In this document: in pieces, positions 17,725 to 26,024 of the stretch
Numbering within the stretch: position 1 is the first letter of the stretch
Layout: every line of letters begins with the position of its first letter
Source of the DNA: a virus
Taxonomy: Duplodnaviria > Caudoviricetes
Reading direction: 5' to 3' (one strand)
Length of the DNA: 64,000 bases
Virus record (IMG/VR): IMGVR_UViG_3300024331_000061
Coordinates: 1-64,000 of that record
Translations under genes and position numbers: made by a program
The notes under the pieces: generated by a model
What the model was told of the DNA's origin: nothing
Seen by the model: only the letters and a program-made list of their open reading frames with translations
The model's database searches: none

Positions 17725-20262
17725 CTACAGTGTCCCAGCCTGGCCGCTCTGGGCCTGGTAGGTGAAGCTGTCGCTGCGGGCCAGCGTCAGTGACATCAGG
17801 TCGGTGGTGGGGTCCTGGGTCATGGCGACGATGCGGCTCCAGATGACCGTGTTCCGCCAGCCCTGGGCCATGATCACCGGGATGTCATCGCCGGGCATGA
17901 AGCTGCCGAACGGCGCGTTGGGGTGGTTCTTCACCACGATCTGGCTCACCGTGTCGATGTTCTGCATCGAGGACAGCGCCTTGGTTGCCTTGCTGGCCAC
18001 CCTGGCTACGGTGTTCGCGGTCTGGTCGGTGAACACGAAGACCCGGCGCAGCCGCCCCGTGTTGGCGGTGGACGTGGTGACCCGCACCGCCGCCGCCCCG
18101 CTGCCCGCTCCCAGCCCGACGATGGTCGAGGCGTACTTGGTCCCGTCGCGGGTCACCTGGACCGGCTGGATGATGTTCTCGCCCTCAGCGAACCGCAGCC
18201 CGGTGAGCCGGGTGCCCTGCCGGGGCACGCCGAACAGCAGCTGGTGCCGCACCGTGGCGCGGGTCGGGTCGGCCCAGAAATGCCTCTCGCGGATGTCAAA
18301 GATGGCCTCGGACTGGATCGAGGTGATCTCGCCGCCCAGGTCGGTGCTGTTGTACCAGAACAGCTGGATCGGGGTGATCGTGCGGATCTGGGTGACCATC
18401 GTGCCCTTGGCGTACGCCTTGCGCAGGTTGGTGGCCAGGGTCATGTTGCCGGTGATGAAGCCCTTGGAGTCGGTGATGATCTGGTTGACCACGTAGGCGT
18501 CCGGGCCGATCAGGATGTTCTCGCCGCTGGCGAACGGGGCCGTGGTGCCCAGCTGGATGTTGTTGGCCCCGGCTGCGGCGGCCTTGGCCAGCGGGGAGTT
18601 GACCGGCGTGGTCTGGGCCACCGGGTCACCGAGGGCGTGCGGCTCGGTGAGCTTGGAAGCCAGGGTGACCTGGCCGGTGGCCACGCCGTTCACGCGGAAG
18701 ACATGAGCGATCACGTAGGGGATGCCGCTGATGGTGATGTTCTCGCGGTCGTTGAACGCCTGGGCGTTGGCCAGCCAGATGGTCGTGTCCCCGGTGGCCG
18801 CCTTCCGGGCCATCGTGTCGGCCGTGCCCGGTTCTACCTGGCTGCCCAGCAGCACCCCGGCCTTGTTGGTGCCCAGCTCCATGTTCAGGTTGCCGCCGGG
18901 CTGGCCCTGGAGCCAGGCCCAGATGTAGCGCACCACGTCCAGGGCGTCGATGTTGGTCCGGCTGAAGTTGGCCCCCTCGTACGGCATGCCGTTGGGGTAG
19001 CCGGAAAAGCCCATGGCGGTGATGTTCCACTGCGGGCCGCTCATGGTGGACTGGGTGACGATCCCGCCGAACTTGATCTCGTCTGATTCCTCCAGGTAGA
19101 TCGCGTCCCGCCACTCCATGAGCAGCGCGTTGCCCGAGCTGTCCATCAGCTCGCCGCGCGGCGGGGCCAGGGTGCAGGTGAAGCTGTCGGCGGTGTTGAG
19201 CGCCCAGGTCACGCTCGGGCTGACGATGCCCTGCACGTCGCGGTTGAGCCACTGCCCGGTGATCAGGTTCTGGATGTGCATCCGGGGCATCCGGGACAGG
19301 ATGAAGGCTGGCGAGGCGGGCTTGATCGCGGTGCCGGGCGTGGGCGTGGGAGCCCCGCCGATGGTGACCGTGATCGCGTCGGCTATGCCAGCCCTGTCCG
19401 TCATGGCGTTGGCCTGGCTGACGGCAACGCTGAAGTCCTCGGTGGTGGCGAGGACCTCGGTCTCGCCGGGGCTCAGCGCGGGCGTGCCGGTGGTGAACGT
19501 GTCGCCCACGCCAGCCGTGTCAGCCAGGGTGACCGCGACCGTGGCGGTGAACGCCTCCCGGACACCGGCCACGTCGGCCAGGGCAGGCGAGCTGGCCCCG
19601 CCAGCGGCGGGCAGGATCTCCAGTGCGGTCCAGGCGAAGTCGCTGGAGCTGTGCCAGGTCCAGCCCATCGTGGTGGCACCAGGAGTCACTGTGGTCACAT
19701 GACCGGCGGCCTCGGCTACGAAGTCCGTGCCGTCATTGAAGAAGTGATCCGTGGTGACCCCGCCGACCGGCGTCGGCGTGCCGGTCTCGGTGTTGCCGAC
19801 GGACAGGCCCACGCAGGTCCAGCTGCCGGTCTGCGTGGTGGTGATGCTCTTGGTGAACGTCGAGCTGGTGCCAGTCCCGTTGGCCGAGGCCGCGCCAGCC
19901 TGGCTGGAGTTCGCCCCGGTCAGGACATAGGGGGTGATCGAGAAGTTGGCCGTGCCGGTGGCGACCGTCCGGGTCACGGTGACCGTGATGGTGCCGGGCG
20001 CGCTGGCGTAGAAGTGGCTGAACTGGTAGGACCCGGCGAACTGGCCGTCGTAGGCGGGCGTGATCGCCGTGTAGCTGTTAGCCAGGGAGTCCGCGCAGGT
20101 GACCGTGGGGCCGGTGATCGTGGTGTTCAGGAACCCGATGTTGACGACGATGACGACCATCGAGTTGGCGGGCGGGCTGAAGCTCGCCGTGGCCAGCGTG
20201 CCCGAGCTGTTGCCCGTGCTGTCGATGGGCGCAGGCGTCGAGGCGTCCTGGAGGATGGGCAT
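17725..20262 (-). CDS. Tal/hub-like minor tail protein with N-terminal beta-sandwich and short stalk
   Basis: C-terminal part (GQWLNRDV...WALN...RDAIYLEE...IKFGGIV...DDIPV...RIV) is of the actinophage Tal type; position after Dit region. Confidence 0.7.
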   Translation of the reverse strand: MPILQDASTPAPIDSTGNSSGTLATASFSPPANSMVVIVVNIGFLNTTITGPTVTCADSLANSYTAITPAYDGQFAGSYQFSHFYASAPGTITVTVTRTVATGTANFSITPYVLTGANSSQAGAASANGTGTSSTFTKSITTTQTGSWTCVGLSVGNTETGTPTPVGGVTTDHFFNDGTDFVAEAAGHVTTVTPGATTMGWTWHSSSDFAWTALEILPAAGGASSPALADVAGVREAFTATVAVTLADTAGVGDTFTTGTPALSPGETEVLATTEDFSVAVSQANAMTDRAGIADAITVTIGGAPTPTPGTAIKPASPAFILSRMPRMHIQNLITGQWLNRDVQGIVSPSVTWALNTADSFTCTLAPPRGELMDSSGNALLMEWRDAIYLEESDEIKFGGIVTQSTMSGPQWNITAMGFSGYPNGMPYEGANFSRTNIDALDVVRYIWAWLQGQPGGNLNMELGTNKAGVLLGSQVEPGTADTMARKAATGDTTIWLANAQAFNDRENITISGIPYVIAHVFRVNGVATGQVTLASKLTEPHALGDPVAQTTPVNSPLAKAAAAGANNIQLGTTAPFASGENILIGPDAYVVNQIITDSKGFITGNMTLATNLRKAYAKGTMVTQIRTITPIQLFWYNSTDLGGEITSIQSEAIFDIRERHFWADPTRATVRHQLLFGVPRQGTRLTGLRFAEGENIIQPVQVTRDGTKYASTIVGLGAGSGAAAVRVTTSTANTGRLRRVFVFTDQTANTVARVASKATKALSSMQNIDTVSQIVVKNHPNAPFGSFMPGDDIPVIMAQGWRNTVIWSRIVAMTQDPTTDLMSLTLARSDSFTYQAQSGQAGTL

Positions 20263-22512
20263 CTAGTAGACCGTGACCGTCCCCGCGTACTTCTTGGGCG
20301 CTTCAGGCGTGCCCTGGATGAAGCCCCACACGTCGTAGCGCTGGCCGACTACCAGGGTCGGCCCGGTCGAGCCCGGCCCGGTCGGGCACAGCTGCACGAA
20401 GCCCTTGCCGGTGCCGCCGGTCAGCCAGGTGCCGGTGAACCAGGTGACCGGCTGGGCTGGCGAGGCCGGGTTGCCCGAGCTGACCGGCAGGGCGTACTGG
20501 CAGACCAGCGCGGTCGGGTCGATGACCGTGCCGTCCAGGTCCGAGGTCCATCGGATCGGGATGTTCTCTTCGCTCAGCGCGGCGATCGGGTCGAACGCGG
20601 TCATCTTGATCCTCCACCTGGCTGGCTCGGGCTGGGCTGCCCATCGTGCGTGGCTCATCTCGGCCCTCCACCTGCCTGTCTCAGGCTGTGCTCCCCATCG
20701 TGCCGCAAGCGGCCCTGCTCGCCAACGCACCTCGCTCTGGAGCTGCCAGACCTCTCGGGGCGGCAGGACCACGCCCGTGAAGGCATGGAAGAACTCGACG
20801 GTCCCTGCAAGGTCTGAGAAGGCCAGGGTGACGACAGGAGCCAGCAGCTCCACCGCAGCCGCAGAGTCGCCCAGCGGCACGCTCACGGCCACCTGGAGGG
20901 CATCTACGGCCCCCGCCGCGTCGGCCAGCGGGACAGCCGTGCCGGTCACCACGACAAGGGAGTCGGTGACCCCGGCTACGTCAGCCAGCCCGGCTGAGCT
21001 GGTGACGGTGAGCGCCTCGGCTGCGCCCGCGACATCGCTAAGCGCAGCCGAGGCAGTGACAGCCAGGCTATCTACCGCAGCCCCGGTCTCAGGCCAGGCC
21101 ACCACGTTGCCGACTACCACGGCGATGGTGTCGGCTGCCCCGGTCACCTCAAGCAGCGGGACGGCGGCTGCGGCGGCCAGGGCATCGACCGCACCGGCCT
21201 GTTCCGGCAAGGCGACCGCTGCGGTTGCCGCCAGGGTATCGACCGCGCCCGCCGCGTCGGCGTAGGCCGCCTGGAGAGCCACGCTGATCGTATCGACCGC
21301 GCCAGCTGCGTCGGTGAAATTTTCAGCGGTACTTACGGAGAGAATTTCAACGGCCCCGGCCACGTCGGCCAGCGGAGCTGAGCTGGTGACCGCGAGCGCG
21401 TCGATGGCGGCTGCCACGTCCGCCTGCGGGATGGGCTGGCTGACCGCTACGGTGTCGATCGCGGCGGCCACGTCGGCCACGGCCAGGGCGGCGGACACGA
21501 CAGGGGCGTCCGCCGCCCCGGCCACGTCAGCCAGGCTGGCCGTCACCGTGGCGGTGCTCGACTCGACGGCCCCGGCTGCGTCGGCCAGCGGCGCTGAGAC
21601 GGTCACAGACAGGCTGTCGATCGCGCCCGTCACATCGGCCACGGGTACTGCTGCGGCGGCGCTGAGCGCCTCCGTGGCCCCGGCTACGTCCCCTAGCGGG
21701 GCAGCGGCCGAGACGGCCAGCGCATCGATCGCGCCAGCTGCGTCAGCTACGCCGATGGCCGAGGCACCGCCAGCCGGGGCATCCGCCGATGGGCGGGGTG
21801 CCATCCTGCCCAGGGTGGCCGGGGACCGGCGGCCAGGCGGGATCATCGGCCGGGTAGGCGGGCTGCTGGCAGCGGACAGCACCTCGAATGCGATAACCCC
21901 GAAGGAGTCCAGCGGGTAAGTGAAGGTAAATGTCGCGGTGCCGCCGGGCGATGCCAGGGTGGCCCCGGAGACGTTGCCCGCTCCCGAGCTGTTGTTCTGG
22001 TCGGCCTCAGCTCTCTCAGTGCCCGCGCTCCAGGTCATGCCGCCGGACCCGAACGCGACGAACGCCAGGCACAGCCCGCCCACGGTCGTGCCGGTTACAG
22101 TGGGCGATCCCGTGGTGGTGTTGGCGTTGAAGCTCGGGGACAGGGTGCCCTCTGCCCCGCCTCCGGTCACCGAGATGGACACGCCGCCCAGAGCGCTGGT
22201 GGTGCCGCTCGCGCTGACCGAGATGGTGAACGCAGACCCAGTAGGCGGGTTGGCGAGCCTGAAGACCTTGACGAACCCGGACGCGCCGGTCAGCACGGTA
22301 GCGGAGACGCTCTGCCCTGGGCTCAGGGCAGTCATCGAGATCCCGTTGTAAGTCGCGGTGACCGTGTGACCGCTGTCGGCGTCGGCGTTCCCGATGTTGA
22401 CGCCGACATACAGGGCGGAAGCGCCAGCCCCGCAGGTATGTGTCCAGGTGGCCGCTACGCCGCTGCCCGCGAATGTCGAGGACGATACCGCGAAGGCGTC
22501 GAAGGCGACCAT
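20263..22512 (-). CDS. Repeat-rich tail fibre-like protein
   Basis: N-terminal beta domain, about 18 copies of an 18-aa LADAAGAVDALAV-type repeat, C-terminal domain with its own RBS. Confidence 0.75.
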   Translation of the reverse strand: MVAFDAFAVSSSTFAGSGVAATWTHTCGAGASALYVGVNIGNADADSGHTVTATYNGISMTALSPGQSVSATVLTGASGFVKVFRLANPPTGSAFTISVSASGTTSALGGVSISVTGGGAEGTLSPSFNANTTTGSPTVTGTTVGGLCLAFVAFGSGGMTWSAGTERAEADQNNSSGAGNVSGATLASPGGTATFTFTYPLDSFGVIAFEVLSAASSPPTRPMIPPGRRSPATLGRMAPRPSADAPAGGASAIGVADAAGAIDALAVSAAAPLGDVAGATEALSAAAAVPVADVTGAIDSLSVTVSAPLADAAGAVESSTATVTASLADVAGAADAPVVSAALAVADVAAAIDTVAVSQPIPQADVAAAIDALAVTSSAPLADVAGAVEILSVSTAENFTDAAGAVDTISVALQAAYADAAGAVDTLAATAAVALPEQAGAVDALAAAAAVPLLEVTGAADTIAVVVGNVVAWPETGAAVDSLAVTASAALSDVAGAAEALTVTSSAGLADVAGVTDSLVVVTGTAVPLADAAGAVDALQVAVSVPLGDSAAAVELLAPVVTLAFSDLAGTVEFFHAFTGVVLPPREVWQLQSEVRWRAGPLAARWGAQPETGRWRAEMSHARWAAQPEPARWRIKMTAFDPIAALSEENIPIRWTSDLDGTVIDPTALVCQYALPVSSGNPASPAQPVTWFTGTWLTGGTGKGFVQLCPTGPGSTGPTLVVGQRYDVWGFIQGTPEAPKKYAGTVTVY

Positions 22513-22540
22513 GCGTTCTCACCGCCCTCCTGGCGGGCGG

Positions 22541-23125
22541 TTAATTGCTCAGCTCGGCCCAGAAGTCAGTGATGGTGACCGAGGGCGTGCCGGTCACGCT
22601 GGACAGGGTGATCCCTACGTCTAGCTGGTTGTTGATCTGCGTGTTCAGCGTGCTGACCGTGCGCAGCGCCGCCGTGATCGGGAACGGGAGTACCACGAAG
22701 GCTGCCGCCAGCCCGCCTGCCGCGCCGAACCCGTGGAAGACCTTGCCCTGCCCGTGGATCACCCCGTTGGCTGAAACGCCCGTGCTCACCGCCCGGATGG
22801 TGCCGTCATACTCCAGGATGAACGGCCAGGCAGTGGCCGCGACGTTGATGGCCAGCGCGGATGACGCGGCCAGCACGACCGTCTCCGACGCCACCGCGCT
22901 CCCGACCGCGCCCATGCGGAAGTCCAGGACGACAGTTGGCGTGGCTGAGGTGGACGTGACCTCGCCCGTGGCCCGGATGCTCAGCCGCGCCCCGTCGCCG
23001 TAGATCCCGCCGGGCAGGACGGGGACCGGAGCGCCGAGCAGCCCCGAGGTGAGCGCAGCGGCGGTGACCGCCGTGCCCGCCACATTCGGCTGGGGCAGGA
23101 GCGGGAACCGCCAGAGCTGGCCCAT
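22541..23125 (-). CDS. Virion-associated hypothetical protein
   Basis: 194 aa beta-rich, TAATG coupled, in tail cluster. Confidence 0.7.
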   Translation of the reverse strand: MGQLWRFPLLPQPNVAGTAVTAAALTSGLLGAPVPVLPGGIYGDGARLSIRATGEVTSTSATPTVVLDFRMGAVGSAVASETVVLAASSALAINVAATAWPFILEYDGTIRAVSTGVSANGVIHGQGKVFHGFGAAGGLAAAFVVLPFPITAALRTVSTLNTQINNQLDVGITLSSVTGTPSVTITDFWAELSN

Positions 23126-23403
23126 TAGTTGGTGTCGCCCCAGACGAGCAGGTAACCGGCGTCGTTCGCCAGCCCGGCTGGCATGGTGACGGTGGTCCCG
23201 CTGACCGTGCAGACAGCGGTCCCGGCGATGGTGGTGGCCAGCATCGTGGCCTGCTTGACCAGCTGGAAGTCCTGGGCGACCCCGGCCGGGCCGAGGTCCA
23301 CCGTGTCACCCGCCGTGACCTTGCTGATCCTGTAGAGCACCGTCCGGTCGGGGGCGTCATTGGTGTAGACCGCCCGCAGCTGGGCTGCTGTGATGGCTGC
23401 CAT
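23125..23403 (-). CDS. Small tail-associated protein, paralog of 14122-14394
   Basis: Shared motifs as above; coupled to the upstream fibre-like gene. Confidence 0.7.
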   Translation of the reverse strand: MAAITAAQLRAVYTNDAPDRTVLYRISKVTAGDTVDLGPAGVAQDFQLVKQATMLATTIAGTAVCTVSGTTVTMPAGLANDAGYLLVWGDTN

Positions 23404-24122
23404 CAGGTCACCGTGCCAGCGCCGGACGGGAAGCCGAAGCTGATCGTCTCGGTGGCGGTCCAGGTCTGCCCGGCGGCCTTGGTGCCCTGGGCGCTGACGC
23501 CGTGGTTGAAGAAGATGCCGCCCGTGGTGGCGTTGGACACCGAGTCGGCGTTGCCGTTGTCGGTGCCGAACTCAGCCCAGACGAAGTTGGCCACCGCCGT
23601 GCCGAAGATCGAGACGAAGGTCAGCGTGGCCGGGCTGGCAGCGGTCTGGATCGTGGGTGCGCCGGACACCAGCTTGAAGTAGCTGGTGGTGCTGGCTGCG
23701 CCCGTGTCGCCGGTCAGCGTGGTGTTGGCGTAGGCCGCCGCCGTGGCCGACGTGCCGACCCCGATCCGGCCCTGCGTGGCGCTGAACTTGTTGGTGATCG
23801 AGGTGCCCGCGATCGAGCCGAGCAGCGCGACCATCCCGGCGATGCAGACCAGGTTGCAGTTCTCGTCGTGGGTGACCAGGTAGGGCTTGACGCCGTAGTA
23901 GGCGAACTGCCTGGGCGGGATGTCGTGCCAGGGTGGCGCTCCGAAGTCCTTCTGCACATGGCGCAGGGTCCAGGCGGTCTGCTCTTCGTCCCACCGTTCC
24001 ACGTGGAACGAGGTCTGGATGGTGAGGAACTCCCGCATGCCGGTCTCCGCGTCCACGCGGAGGTGCTCGGACGCTCCCGTGAACTCAGCTCCCGGCCCGA
24101 GAGGCGTGTCTGAATAGCTCAT
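23403..24122 (-). CDS. Minor tail protein
   Basis: RIGVGTSATAA...TLTGD...FGTAVANFVWAEFG pattern common in tail/collar proteins. Confidence 0.7.
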   Translation of the reverse strand: MSYSDTPLGPGAEFTGASEHLRVDAETGMREFLTIQTSFHVERWDEEQTAWTLRHVQKDFGAPPWHDIPPRQFAYYGVKPYLVTHDENCNLVCIAGMVALLGSIAGTSITNKFSATQGRIGVGTSATAAAYANTTLTGDTGAASTTSYFKLVSGAPTIQTAASPATLTFVSIFGTAVANFVWAEFGTDNGNADSVSNATTGGIFFNHGVSAQGTKAAGQTWTATETISFGFPSGAGTVT

Positions 24123-24129
24123 TGCTCTC

Positions 24130-25095
24130 CTACGTTGCTGCCGCTAGCTGCTGGAACTCATAGGTGACGGCGATCGATCCGCCCTCGTCCAGGCCGATGA
24201 GGCCGGTCTGGGTGCCGTCCGTGACCTGCTTCATCTGGAGCGTCTGGGTGGTGCCGCGCAGCCCCGGCGGGATGGCCACGCTGAAGGCCCCGGTGATGCC
24301 GTGCCGCCACTGGCCGGTGGCCGACGGGATCGAGACGATCGTGGTCGGCATGGACAGGTTGGGCGCGGTGACCGACGCGCCGAACACGGGGTTGACGAAG
24401 CCACGGGCGAAGCCGGACGCCCAGAGCACGTCGTTGATCTCCCAGTTCATGACCATCGTGGTAGCCCAGAGCGGGATGGGCACCTGGAAGTTGAACACGG
24501 CGGGCCAGGCCACGCCGGTCGTGCCGACGGTCCAGCTGTTCAGCGAGCCAGGCCCGGTGGCCGCCAGCATCTGCATGATCCGCTGCGGGTTGGCCACCTG
24601 GCGCAGGTCGTGGATCATCGCGTTGGTGATGGCCGAGGTCGAGACGGGGATGTCGATCCGGGCCAGGGCGATGGCGCTGATGCCGCCGGGCGGGACGGTC
24701 GCGGACCCGGACACGCCGCTGATGACGCGGGGGAACAGGATCTGGCCCGAGGCCGGGTTGCCCCAGGGGCTGCCAGCCCAGGTGGGGTCCTCGGCGCGCA
24801 CCACGATCATGTCCGAGCGGATCGTGCCGCCGGTCGCGGCGATGGTCAGGGACGTGTCGTTGCCGACGTTGTAGCCGTAGTAGCTGCCCTGGAACGGCGT
24901 CTCCGCGCCGAAGACCACGACCGCGCCGGGGTTGATGATGATGCCCGCGCTCGGCGCTCCGGTCTGGGTGACGATGCAGTCAAGGTGGCTGACCACGCCC
25001 TGGCTGGACAGGGTGGCGCTCTGGAGCATGAGCCGCAGGAAGTTGCCGCTCTCGCTGTTGCCGTCTACCGCGTAGGCGGCGGTCTGGAAGGTCAT
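24130..25095 (-). CDS. Minor tail protein (actinophage type)
   Basis: Start MTFQTAAYAVDG at 25095 (ATGA with Dit); VTQTGAPSAGIIINPG, RSDMIVVRAEDP, IALARIDIP. Confidence 0.75.
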   Translation of the reverse strand: MTFQTAAYAVDGNSESGNFLRLMLQSATLSSQGVVSHLDCIVTQTGAPSAGIIINPGAVVVFGAETPFQGSYYGYNVGNDTSLTIAATGGTIRSDMIVVRAEDPTWAGSPWGNPASGQILFPRVISGVSGSATVPPGGISAIALARIDIPVSTSAITNAMIHDLRQVANPQRIMQMLAATGPGSLNSWTVGTTGVAWPAVFNFQVPIPLWATTMVMNWEINDVLWASGFARGFVNPVFGASVTAPNLSMPTTIVSIPSATGQWRHGITGAFSVAIPPGLRGTTQTLQMKQVTDGTQTGLIGLDEGGSIAVTYEFQQLAAAT

Positions 25096-26024
25096 GCCGA
25101 GCCCCCGATCGACAGCGCGGCATTGCGCCACTGCACCGTGCACGTCGAGTTGCCGGTGAAGTCCTGTCCGCTGAATCGCACGAGGGTGGCTCCTGGCTGG
25201 ATCTGTAGTCCGATCATCGGGTTGCCGGTGAGCAGCCCGGCTACGCTGGTGATCCCGTTCAGCATCGCAGTTCTCGCCCAGGGACGGGTGTCTATCGTCA
25301 GCGTGTCGGTGTTGCCGAGTATCCCGTTGTAGCCGATCGTGACCGGCGTGTTCACGAAGCTGAAGGCGGGGTAGCTGACCGGCCCGGCGAATATGATCAC
25401 CGGCCAGGTCGGCAGCGTGCCGGTGTTGGTGATGACGTTCTGCTGGAAATTAGCTGAGCTGGCCAGCTGGTACGGCGGGATGAGCGGCGGGGTCAGCGTG
25501 CCCCGGAAGCTGGGCTTCTGGGTCAGGATGATGCTCTGCTGCACGTCGCTGTACCACGTGTTGTCAGCGCACTGGAACTGGCTGGTGAAGGGCACCTGCC
25601 CGGTGTAGACCAGTCCGAGTGTCGGCATGATCTTCCGGCCCCGGCCGTAGCAGCGCCGGGTCACCAGCGAACCGGGGTAGAAGGCCCGCAGCACCTGGAC
25701 CGGCCCGTTCGCAAACCGCACAACGGGATCGTTCCAGATAGCGGCCAGCGCCGAGTAGGCGTCGAGCGCGTTGACCACGGGCACCGGGCTGTACGCGAAG
25801 CCGGTCTGGGTGATCACCATGCCAGGCAGCGTGTCCACGCCGAACAGCGTGCCGTCGTGGCCGACCACGGCCTGGTCCTGGACGGTAAGCGAGCCGGTGT
25901 CCGTGCTGGTGCTCTGGATCTGGATCGAGTTGGCCCCGCGCCCGAAGACGAAGGCGCTCGCGTCTCCGCTGGGCAGGTTCTTGCCGATCGAGTATTGCCC
26001 GGCGCTCAGTGTCGGGTCAGCCAC
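25092..26024 (-). CDS. Distal tail (Dit-like) protein
   Basis: Directly after tape measure; RRCYGRGR, FQCAD, NTGTLPTWPVI, LTIDTRPW. Confidence 0.75.
   Translation of the reverse strand: MADPTLSAGQYSIGKNLPSGDASAFVFGRGANSIQIQSTSTDTGSLTVQDQAVVGHDGTLFGVDTLPGMVITQTGFAYSPVPVVNALDAYSALAAIWNDPVVRFANGPVQVLRAFYPGSLVTRRCYGRGRKIMPTLGLVYTGQVPFTSQFQCADNTWYSDVQQSIILTQKPSFRGTLTPPLIPPYQLASSANFQQNVITNTGTLPTWPVIIFAGPVSYPAFSFVNTPVTIGYNGILGNTDTLTIDTRPWARTAMLNGITSVAGLLTGNPMIGLQIQPGATLVRFSGQDFTGNSTCTVQWRNAALSIGGSA

Noticed and set aside
14405-22512. Diversity-generating retroelement acting on tail fibres
   Set aside because: No reverse transcriptase and no template/variable repeat pair differing at adenines was seen in the window
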